Assembly: GCF_000341895.1 (NCBI RefSeq)
Contig: NC_020409.1
Span: forward strand, 1,380,001 to 1,412,000
DNA length: 32,000 bases
Direction: 5' to 3'
DNA from: Pseudodesulfovibrio piezophilus C1TLV30
GTDB lineage: Bacteria > Desulfobacterota > Desulfovibrionia > Desulfovibrionales > Desulfovibrionaceae
Shown piece by piece: positions 18,731-26,298 of this stretch; positions within the stretch are counted from its first letter, which is position 1, and each line of letters starts with the position of its first letter. The notes beneath the pieces were generated by a model. It had not been told where the DNA came from and did not search any database. It was given only the letters and a program-made list of their open reading frames with translations. A program made the translations under genes and the position numbers.

Positions 18731-19488
18731 GGGACTAGACAACAAAGCCACGAAGACGATAGCGCCGGAAGACGCTGCCACCACAAAGCGGGCATCGATT
18801 GCCCTGCGGACCCAGCTTCAGGGGCTACTACAATCGTCCGTGCTGACACGAAGCAAGGTCGGTCGCCATGGTCGACTGGATTCCCGGCAACTACACCGAT
18901 TGTCAGTAGCTGATGCTCGTGTCTTCAAGCGGAGTGGTCGCAAGGTGGGCATAAATGCCGCCGTGCACATCCTGCTTGATTACTCAGGCTCAATGCGACG
19001 GCGTATCAAGCTGACCACGCAGGTGTGTCATGCTGTGGCCTACTGCCCTGGACGCCATCGACGGCATCAGCGTGGGCGTGACGGCCTTTCCGGCAGACAC
19101 CCCGACCGACGGCGGCAATGGGAATGACCGTGGCCCCACGGTTTGCCCAGTTCTGAAACACGGGAAGCGGATGCATGGCAACTTCGCCATCAGCTCGGCA
19201 GGATACACTCCTTTGGGCGAGGCCCTCTGGTGGACATTGCAGCAAGTAGTGCCTCTCCCTGAGTCCAGAAAGGTCGTCCTTATTCTGACGGACGGAGATC
19301 CAGACTCCTTCAACATCGCTCTCGATGCTCTTGAAGAGGGCAACCGTTTCGGCATCGAAATCTACGGGCTGGGCATCTTGTCCGAGGCTATCACCAAACT
19401 GCTTCCCAACCACAGCCGCACCATCAACGACCTGCTTGAACTGGCCCCGGCCATGTTCGGCATACTTCGTGGTGCACTTCTCAAGTAA
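18729..19488 (+). pseudogene. CobT-like von Willebrand factor A (vWA) domain gene, frameshifted and probably 5'-disrupted by IS200
   Basis: Frame 1 carries GRLDSRQLHRL...DARVFKR...AVHILLDYSGSM (DxSxS MIDAS). The reading frame changes within 19015-19050. Frame 2 continues ALDAIDGISVGVTAF...TPLGEAL...VVLILTDGDPD...GIEIYGLGI. The open frame starts inside the IS end and has no ATG. Confidence 0.7.
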
Positions 19489-19511
19489 CCACCAGCAATC
19501 AAGAAGGAAAT

Positions 19512-19724
19512 ATGGACAAAGATATCCCCAAATGCCCGCGTTGTGAAAGCGCGGCTTTCGTTGTTTTGGTCAACACTACCCAAAAAGTCGGAACCGCTGT
19601 CTACGCCATGGACGAGGAAGAGCCTAGTTCCCTCGGACACGACGAAGACGTCCCGGAAGAACTGGATGAGGATATCGAAGAGGAAACGGATGACGATGGG
19701 AAACTGATCGGCCGAGCTTCGTAA
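19512..19724 (+). CDS. small hypothetical protein with CPRC motif and highly acidic tail
   Basis: RBS GAAGGAAAT precedes the ATG. 70 aa. The C-terminal 35 residues are dominated by D/E. Confidence 0.5.
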   Translation: MDKDIPKCPRCESAAFVVLVNTTQKVGTAVYAMDEEEPSSLGHDEDVPEELDEDIEEETDDDGKLIGRAS

Positions 19725-19824
19725 AAGAAAGAGCCGCTGGCATATGCGAGCGACTCTAAGCTAACCAAATGCAAACTCATCTATCGATTTTGACAGTCTA
19801 TTTCATTTATCCTATCATCAGTAT

Positions 19825-20286
19825 ATGTCTGAAGCACTTAAGAAATCGTTCCAAATGGGACTCGCCTGCTCAATTGTCGCTTTGGCGCATGCTTTAACAA
19901 TGCACCTAAGTATTAAAAATGCACCCCTGTCAGCTTCTTTCATTTCTGTCAGTGGCACATTGGTCGCTGGAACTGCTGCTTGGTATTGGCTTATTGCAAA
20001 GTGTCAACGGTATTCAACCACTAGAGGCTTCCTTGTCGGGCTGGCGACGGGCTGGATATCGCAATACCTTGGTATTGCTGGAGATTTAGTAGTGTCCGCC
20101 CTAGCCGAACATTCAACAACTTTGTCAAACCTTGTCAAAGCAGTGTTTTGGTCTCCTGTTCTTACAGTTTTTACTTTCTTTTTATATGGGTGGATGGTCA
20201 TTCTTGCATGTTCGGTGACAGGAGTTGTTCTCGTAAAAATACAGGCAAAGGCTGTTGGTAATGGCACATGTTGTCATCACCAATAG
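19825..20286 (+). CDS. hypothetical integral membrane protein (about 4 TM)
   Basis: Four hydrophobic segments and visibly lower GC than the flanks. No clear RBS, so the start is uncertain. Confidence 0.45.
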   Translation: MSEALKKSFQMGLACSIVALAHALTMHLSIKNAPLSASFISVSGTLVAGTAAWYWLIAKCQRYSTTRGFLVGLATGWISQYLGIAGDLVVSALAEHSTTLSNLVKAVFWSPVLTVFTFFLYGWMVILACSVTGVVLVKIQAKAVGNGTCCHHQ

Positions 20287-20308
20287 CGTACAATGCCTGC
20301 CGTTAAGT

Positions 20309-20656
20309 TTAATCAGTAATAGAAGGGCCGTCTTTGAGCCAGTTCACCAAAGCTGGAATAGATCCAACCTTTTTTTCAAGCGGCATATCCCAAGCAGTCT
20401 CACCAGCTTCCTGAATTGCATCCCAAGAGAATACTAAATCGCCTCTGTCGACGGCAGTAAGAACTTTGTCAATATCTTCCTGCGGCAAATCAGCCAGTCC
20501 TGCTTCAAGGTATGCTTCCGAGTGCGAATCATACGCCTTCTCTTTCAATTCCTCAGGCTTTGATTCGTCCCATTCGCCGCTGCGCAGGCCAGCCTCCATC
20601 TTAAACTGCAACCGGTCCTTGGTCCACTCCATCCATCCCTGCCCTTCTTCAGACAA
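20309..20656 (-). CDS. hypothetical acidic protein (115 aa)
   Basis: A TTG start lies directly after the TAA of the upstream ORF, with GAAGG 6 nt upstream (translational coupling). No domain recognised. Confidence 0.5.
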   Translation of the reverse strand: MSEEGQGWMEWTKDRLQFKMEAGLRSGEWDESKPEELKEKAYDSHSEAYLEAGLADLPQEDIDKVLTAVDRGDLVFSWDAIQEAGETAWDMPLEKKVGSIPALVNWLKDGPSITD

Positions 20657-21736
20657 TTAAGCCTTCAACTTGTCGAACCGCTTGACGTATTTGTCCCCAT
20701 ACTCCCGGTAATAGTCGGGAGCCTTCTTGCCGAGATTGCGTTCTTCAAAATCTTTGGCTCGCTTTTCATAATACTCGGTTTTGCCAAGTTCATCCTTGAC
20801 CCATGTGGGCTTGGAGCCGGGCTTCTGCTTGTAATGCTCGTCGACATCCATGGTGCTGTTGCCGGTCTGCTTTTCCCATTCGCCGATGAGTCGGGCAGCT
20901 TCTGTCGCGTTGTCAGGTTTGGCGGCTTCGGCTTTCCCTTCCATCTCCCGCGCCTGTTCCACAGATGACTTGGCTGGAGCAGCCTCGGGCACATCTGCCT
21001 TTTCTTTTCCCTCAACCGTTTTCTGCCGTTGCAGTTGTTCGCTCTCTTTACCGTTCTCACCTGTCGTCGGAATTTCCGCAGTTTGTGCTTTTTCAACCCC
21101 CGCATACCCCAAGTACTTGTCATACATGGTGTCGGCGTCCTTTTCATCGAACTTGACCTCAGACATCACGTACTTATTGATGAGGTCAAAAGCCGCATCG
21201 TCGTGCGCCTGGACATCTTTGTCATCCTTTGCGCCGAGTGCGCCTTGAGCGAAACGCTGCAACCCCTTGTCGAGAACGCTTCTGGAGCGCTCATTGAGCT
21301 TGTCCACGGCGAACTGGTGGCCCTGTTTCAGGAAACCATCCTTGATCTTGGGTAACGAGTCTGCCAGGGCAGTATGCCGCTTGCCGCCTTTGGGTACGGA
21401 CGAAAGCAGGGAGTGCTCATAATCATCGAACTGCTTCTTGAGACCGTTCGCGTCCTTGGACGGCTTATTGCCGGTGACGTTCTTCTGCCAGTCGGTCAGC
21501 CCTTTACCGAAGAAGTCGTGCGCCTCGTTTTCTTTTTCAACGGTGAAATTGAGGCGATCCAGGTCATGGTAGGCATCGCGCTTTTGCTGCCGTTGTTGCT
21601 GCTGCCGCTGGTTCTGATTGTTGGAGCCAATCTCCATTTCCAGGGCCGTCTTGCGCTGCCCAGGAGTGGCGTTGTCGAGCATCTTTTTCTGCTCGTCTGG
21701 GTTCATAGTGATAAGTGATTTTCCGAAATCAAACAT
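20657..21736 (-). CDS. hypothetical protein (359 aa), Gln-rich N-terminus, Lys/Glu-rich
   Basis: Strong RBS AGGAGGAAT. No TM segment or signal peptide. No domain recognised. Confidence 0.6.
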   Translation of the reverse strand: MFDFGKSLITMNPDEQKKMLDNATPGQRKTALEMEIGSNNQNQRQQQQRQQKRDAYHDLDRLNFTVEKENEAHDFFGKGLTDWQKNVTGNKPSKDANGLKKQFDDYEHSLLSSVPKGGKRHTALADSLPKIKDGFLKQGHQFAVDKLNERSRSVLDKGLQRFAQGALGAKDDKDVQAHDDAAFDLINKYVMSEVKFDEKDADTMYDKYLGYAGVEKAQTAEIPTTGENGKESEQLQRQKTVEGKEKADVPEAAPAKSSVEQAREMEGKAEAAKPDNATEAARLIGEWEKQTGNSTMDVDEHYKQKPGSKPTWVKDELGKTEYYEKRAKDFEERNLGKKAPDYYREYGDKYVKRFDKLKA

Positions 21737-21961
21737 AGCCGAATTCCTCCTGTCAGGATTTTGATTGTTTAAAGATCAAACAGCCTAACCCCGGTTTTCG
21801 GCCCAGGATGAAAACGGGCAAAAAAGGACGAAAAAGGACACTAAAAGGGCAAGAAATCCACTTGACAGCGCTTTTCCATCAAGATGTTTTGGCGGAAATG
21901 CGAAATCCGCGCTATTCTAGTGGGTTAGCGAGGCGGGGCAATGCTGCCGAATTTCATTCAG

Positions 21962-23142
21962 TTAGCGGTGTTTGGAAAGCTGGATAATTTCTTTCTCTGC
22001 ATCATCCTTCATGGCATCCGTAATAATATCCTCAGCCACATTCGCGGCTTTCTTCAAGGCATCATCATGCAGGTGCGCATATCGTTGCGTCATCTGCGGG
22101 CTCTTATGCGTCAAGAGCTTCTGAAGCGTGGACATGTCCACCTTGCCGGAACTGGCGAGCATGGATGCGTAAACATGACGCAAGCCGTGCAGAGGGCGGA
22201 AATCCTTCGGAAGATTTGCCCGTTCTTTGATGCGCTTGATAGGACCACGGACATCCTTGCGCTGCCCACCGTTTTGGCTAGGGAATACATAGGGGCTCTT
22301 CGTTCGACTGTGGGACTCAAGCAGTTCCCTTGCAGCTTTCATCATCGGGATCTTTTGCGACACACCACCCTTAGGATCGTCCAGCAGAATAAAACCGCGC
22401 TCAAAGTCCAGGTCTTTCCATTTGAGACGAAACAACTCGCCACGCCACATGCCTGTGTACACAGCCAGCTTCATCATTCTTGCGACGTCGATATTGGAGT
22501 CTACATCGATAGCCTTGAGGAGTGCCTTGAGCTGGTCAGCAGATAAATCCTCTGTCTTGACGTTGTCTACCTGGGGAATCTCAATGCTAAGTTTGGATGG
22601 ATCAGGCAGCGGGCACAGTCCTTTTTTACCCCGAAGTTTATGAGTCGCTTCAGGAGTGAAAGGATGAGCTTCACAGTCTGAGGTGACTTCTTATCCTTCT
22701 TGAGCAAACGCAGGCGCAACCGGTCTACGTCGAGAGTAATGATGTCGGCAGGAACCTTGTCGCCGACCTCCGGCTTAAGGTATTTCTTGTATCGACTCTT
22801 GTCGGGAAGATGCCCCTTGTAGTTGGTCTTCTGGGCTTCGTATTCGTCCCACAGACGTGTAATCGTAGGACGCTCTTCGCGCTCCTTGCGTTCTGCCTCT
22901 TCCTGCTCTCGACGTTCCCTGTTGGACTGCTCGTCGCCATCGATTCGCATGCTCCGAATTCGGGAGGCCCGTGCCGGGGTCATGTCGTCTCTTTTTTGCC
23001 TTCCGGCCTTCTCTTCGACGAGTTTTCCCGCTTTTCGGTACAAAATATAGTAGATTTTCTCCGGCTTCCCGTTGACCTTGTTTGTACCATCTACGGAGTA
23101 AACACCCGGATAGCCTGTCTTAAATCTTTCCTTTCTCGGCAT
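21962..23142 (-). pseudogene. int: tyrosine recombinase/integrase, split by a -1 frameshift in an A6 tract
   Basis: The N-terminal ORF (start ATG 23142, RBS GGAG) ends ...LINFGVKKDCARC...*. A second frame continues GKKGLCPLPDPSKLSIEIPQVDNVKTEDLSADQLKALLKAID...MMKLAVYTGMWRGELF...HGLRHVYAS...THKSPQMTQRYAH (R..HxxR..Y catalytic set). The frames join at T6/A6 22622-22627, and one extra A would restore GVKKGLCP. Confidence 0.85.
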
Positions 23143-23255
23143 CGCTTTGCTCCGTTGTGCCCAACAAAGTACCCAACATTTAGGGTGAAAACAGGGGTAA
23201 AACGGTGCAACGTCAAGCAAGTCATTTTTTAGATTTATTCAAAATAATAAGCTAC

Positions 23256-23285
23256 ATGCAAGACAATGCAAAAAGATGCAAAAAC
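23256..23285. repeat. three phased 10-bp direct repeats (ATGCAAGACA ATGCAAAAAG ATGCAAAAAC)
   Basis: Tandem repeats with helical periodicity lie between the int start and the attR core. They are candidate arm-type Int binding sites. Confidence 0.45.
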
Positions 23286-23291
23286 CTTGCT

Positions 23292-23360
23292 TTGGTCTTA
23301 AAAACCAATGTACGGCAGTGATGTCGTAGGCAGATTCGACTCCTGTACACTTCCGCCATT
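23292..23360 (+). repeat. attR: direct repeat copy 2 (partial, mutated tRNA-Sec 3' portion)
   Basis: TTGGTCTTAAAAACCAATGTACGGCAGTGATGTCGTAGGCAGATTCGACTCCTGTACACTTCCGCCATT matches 17513-17581 at 66 of 69 positions. Its three differences fall on the anticodon and on paired T-stem and acceptor-stem positions. Confidence 0.85.
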
Positions 23361-23420
23361 TTTGTTTTTAGAGGCGTACCTAACACTATCTCCAGCAGAT
23401 GGCGTGAATTTGGAAACTAG

Positions 23421-23627
23421 TCATTTTCTTTGAGGACAGCCTCTTTCTTCAACTTTTTTTGCCAATCGCTCACCAAGTAAGCGACCATGTCGAATCTCCT
23501 GATCTACCAAGATGTAGTCGTTGCGATGGTGTTCGACGACTATCTTTACGTCGAGTAGCTTGCTCTTAACCCTCGCTAACTGCCTAGCGTATTGTCTCCC
23601 AGATATGTTTCTTTGTACCAGTCCACA
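23421..23627 (-). pseudogene. possible Phd/YefM-type antitoxin remnant (no canonical start)
   Basis: The open frame reads NISGRQYARQLARVKSKLLDVKIVVEHHRNDYILVDQEIRHGRLL. This is collinear with the YefM pattern IS..EAR.NL......V....P..ITR.G....VL. No ATG/GTG/TTG start or RBS is present. Confidence 0.25.
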
Positions 23628-23927
23628 TCAAAACTCCGTCAAGACCGCCATAAAGGCAAAGGAATAGCGTTTGTACGCATGGGGCGATCAATTCGTTATC
23701 TAAATGAAAATATTAAAAATTTATCAAAAAAAATTGTACCCAAGCCTCTAACTAGGAGTCAAACGATGAATTCAAATCTTACCTCGAATATGGCGACTAT
23801 CACAGGCAGCAAGCAGTGCTTGCAAGACAAGGTACGCACTACGGACCACATTGTGGCCAAGGCGATTGGAAATCGTAAGACCTTGCTCACAAAACTCGTA
23901 TCTGACGGACAGGCCATCAATGTATAG
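23592..23927 (+). CDS. hypothetical ORF with an excisionase/HTH_17-like motif (possibly a remnant)
   Basis: KGKGIAFVRMGRSIRYLNENI resembles the recognition-helix/wing of AlpA/excisionase-type HTH. The ORF has a TTG start and lacks helix 1. An internal ATG at 23767 has a good RBS (TAGGAG), so the ORF may really be two pieces. Confidence 0.25.
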   Translation: MSPRYVSLYQSTSKLRQDRHKGKGIAFVRMGRSIRYLNENIKNLSKKIVPKPLTRSQTMNSNLTSNMATITGSKQCLQDKVRTTDHIVAKAIGNRKTLLTKLVSDGQAINV

Positions 23928-24176
23928 GCAATCTCTTACCTACGAAGAGTTTTACCTAGAGGCAAAAGAGAGGTTCCAGATACCCCTTAACAACAAGGGG
24001 GGAGCCTGCCCCATTTCGGCAACTGATATTCTCAAAATGGATTTTCCACATAATCCATTTCTTTTGGAGAATGTTTGCAGCACATGACCACCCCCAACAC
24101 TCTCGGCTGAAATATCCGCTTTTTTTCAAACAGTTACGACCAATCCGTGCGGCTTTAACCATTTATTGCCATTCTA

Positions 24177-24717
24177 TCACATACCGCACACTCCCTCCCC
24201 GCCGGTCTGGACGAGCATCCCGGCATCAACCAACCTTTTCAGATCGCGTGTCGCTATCGCAGAGGATACTTTTGTCATGCCGTTGTACTTCTTGTTCGAA
24301 AAGCCGCCCTCGAAACCGTCTGGGCCAGCGTCGAGCACCTTGTTAAGCACCTTCCGCTAGCGGTCATTGATGGTGACCCCGGAAAACCGTTTCCGGAAGT
24401 CTGCCTTCATAATGGTCAGTCGGGTCAACTCGCGGGAGTTCCGCATCCCCTGCTCAACGGTTTCGAGGAACCAATATAGCCACCCAGCGAGGTCGTCTTC
24501 GCCCTTTTTCGCCTCCTCCAGGATCGGGTCATACGCCCTCCGGGATGCCGGAATCTGTAAGGGTATACTGTAGGGACGTTTTCTTGTCCTGGGCCATGGC
24601 CATGTCGGTGATCGCCCGAGCGAGGCGCCCGTTGCCATCGTCGAACGGATGCAAAGTGACGAACCAGAAATGGCCGTTCCCTGGCAATACGCATTTCGCC
24701 ATCTTCAATCTCACCAA
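24177..24717 (-). pseudogene. Fic-family (Fido) protein pseudogene
   Basis: The Fic motif HPFDDGNGRLARAI is present. A frameshift follows AMAQD, and the next frame reads RPYSIPLQIPASRRAYDPILEEAKKGEDDLAGWLYWFLE. An in-frame TAG at 24357-24359 interrupts TINDR*RKVLNKVLDAGPDGFEGGFSNKKY...TATRDLKRLVDAGML (C-terminal wHTH). The N-terminal part is missing. Confidence 0.8.
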
Positions 24718-24999
24718 AAGTTATTTCAAACAGCTCGTATTTGCCTCGGGTAATGGAGGGTTGATTATGAGTTTACTTTGAGCACTGGCCAGCGCGGCTA
24801 AATACGCGCCTGAAAAACCTGTCAAGCACAATCGATCGAACCCAGCCTGTTTTTGGGCGACGGATGCGTGCATTTTGCCGACATGAAATCGTTGTTGAAC
24901 GACAACGCCGTGTTTCGCTCATTTGGGCCGAAAAACCCATGGTACGCTCTCCGCAAACAAAAACAGGGCCGTCTAGCTCAGTGGTCCGGAGGAGATCCT

Positions 25000-25356
25000 A
25001 TGAGCGTATTTGAAATGAGGCTGAAGCATGACCGGAACGGTCGAATCGTGGAGAGAACAGAAACCGTGGCCGGTCGGACCAACGTTTGGAGGTATGCCTA
25101 CGACAAGGCCGGGAGGCTCTTCGAGGCGCACCGGGAAAACCGGCTCATCTGCCAGTGCTGGTACGACCGGGAAGGCCGTCGCCAGCGGGACTATTTCCCC
25201 GCCACCGTGGGGTCCAGTCATCGCGATTATCGCTACACCCTGGACAACCGACTTATGAGCGCGGGCAACAACGGGTACACACATGACAAGAACGGGTCCC
25301 GTTCCATCTGGTCGAACGGCTCCGCGTACCATCTGTACGAGTACGCGCCGGACTAA
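25000..25356 (+). CDS. RHS/YD-repeat protein fragment (ends at in-frame TAA 25354-25356)
   Basis: YD repeats are visible (WRYAYDKAGRL, CWYDREGRR, YRYTLDNRL, YTHDKNGSR). ATG 25000 has a strong RBS (GGAGGAG). The track ORF starts earlier, at TTG 24853. The same frame continues after the stop into 25369-26247. Confidence 0.6.
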   Translation: MSVFEMRLKHDRNGRIVERTETVAGRTNVWRYAYDKAGRLFEAHRENRLICQCWYDREGRRQRDYFPATVGSSHRDYRYTLDNRLMSAGNNGYTHDKNGSRSIWSNGSAYHLYEYAPD

Positions 25357-25368
25357 CGGCTGCTCAAG

Positions 25369-26247
25369 ATGGAAGTGGAGAACCAGAACCGCGTCTACAC
25401 CTTTCGCCACGACGAAGAGGGCCGACGGGCCGCCAAGTACCTCAACGGCCAAATTGTCGAGGCCTACCAATGGTTCGACTTCATCCGCCTCGGCGCGTTC
25501 CACGACGGGCACATGGGGTACGAGTTCGGTTACGCAGATAACGCGCGGCTGCCCTTATCCATGCGGCGCGAGGACGGGGCGGTGTTCGCCCTGCATTACG
25601 ACCAGGTCGGTTCCCTGCGCGTGGTTGCTGACACGGATGGCGACATGATAAAGGAAATCCTCTACGATCCCTTTGGCGGAATTATAGCGGACACCAATCC
25701 CGGTTTCCGCATCCCCATCGGCTTTGCGGGCGGCCTGCATGACCGCGATCTTGGTTTCGTGAGATTCGACTGGCGGGACTACGACACCTTCACCGGCAGA
25801 TGGACCGCACCCGATCCCATCGGGGACAGGGGCGGTGATCCGGACTGGTATGGGTATTGTCTGGATGATCCGGTCAACGGGGTGAACCCGGTGGGACTGT
25901 TCCGGTTCGGTAAAAAAGGACTGTGGATACTGCCCGGTATAGGCACCGACGGCTCTACCGCCGATAAGAGAAACTATGAACTCAAGCATGAACACGGTTT
26001 CTACGAAGATGGTACGGGAGATAATGTAGGTCTGTTTAAAAATGGTATCAAAAGAGATCAAGATATCATCAAATACAAACTTGACGAAACACACTTCGAC
26101 GATAAACGCATGAGACAGGCTGAAGAGAGTCTTTATCCGGGAAATTACAAGCTGTGCAAGTGGGGAGGCAAGTCCAATAATTGCCAGGACTATGCCGATG
26201 CTTTGCGCGAACGTTATCGGTTTTTACGCACTGCGGAAAAGCACTGA
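25369..26247 (+). CDS. RHS repeat-associated core C-terminus fused to a polymorphic toxin tip (CT1, papain-like His...Cys signature)
   Basis: FRHDEEGRR, YDQVGSLR, YDPFGG and GFAGGLHDRDLGFVRFDWRDYDTFTGRWTAPDPIGDRGGDPDWYGYCLDDPVNGVNPVGL form the RHS core end with the DPxGL demarcation. A 115-aa variable tip follows, containing KHEHGFYEDG ... YKLCKWGGKSNNCQDYADAL. Confidence 0.8.
   Translation: MEVENQNRVYTFRHDEEGRRAAKYLNGQIVEAYQWFDFIRLGAFHDGHMGYEFGYADNARLPLSMRREDGAVFALHYDQVGSLRVVADTDGDMIKEILYDPFGGIIADTNPGFRIPIGFAGGLHDRDLGFVRFDWRDYDTFTGRWTAPDPIGDRGGDPDWYGYCLDDPVNGVNPVGLFRFGKKGLWILPGIGTDGSTADKRNYELKHEHGFYEDGTGDNVGLFKNGIKRDQDIIKYKLDETHFDDKRMRQAEESLYPGNYKLCKWGGKSNNCQDYADALRERYRFLRTAEKH
25670..25890 (+). 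repeat. RHS core-end repeat, copy 1
   Basis: 221 bp repeated at 26848-27068 (offset 1178). The copies are near-identical except for a 14-nt divergent patch (25699-25712) and 3 SNPs. Confidence 0.9.
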
Positions 26248-26298
26248 TGCAACAATACGGCCGGGAGACAATTGTCTCCCGGCTGAAAAGGGATTTTT

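Larger units (their letters stand above)
17513..23360. mobile_element. selC-integrated genomic island (~5.8 kb), degenerate
   Basis: It is bounded by 69-bp direct repeats derived from the tRNA-Sec 3' part. A tyrosine integrase gene abuts the distal repeat. An IS200 copy, pseudogenes and lower-GC cargo ORFs lie inside. Confidence 0.8.

Noticed and set aside
21941-22546. 201-aa plus-strand ORF
   Set aside because: It is antisense to the integrase catalytic domain, whose R/HxxR/Y motifs are clear on the minus strand.
24962-24992. tRNA-like string GGGCCGTCTAGCTCAGTGGTCCGGAGG
   Set aside because: It resembles an acceptor plus D-arm 5' half, but no anticodon arm, T arm or 3' acceptor strand follows. 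It lies inside the RHS-fragment frame and is probably coincidental.
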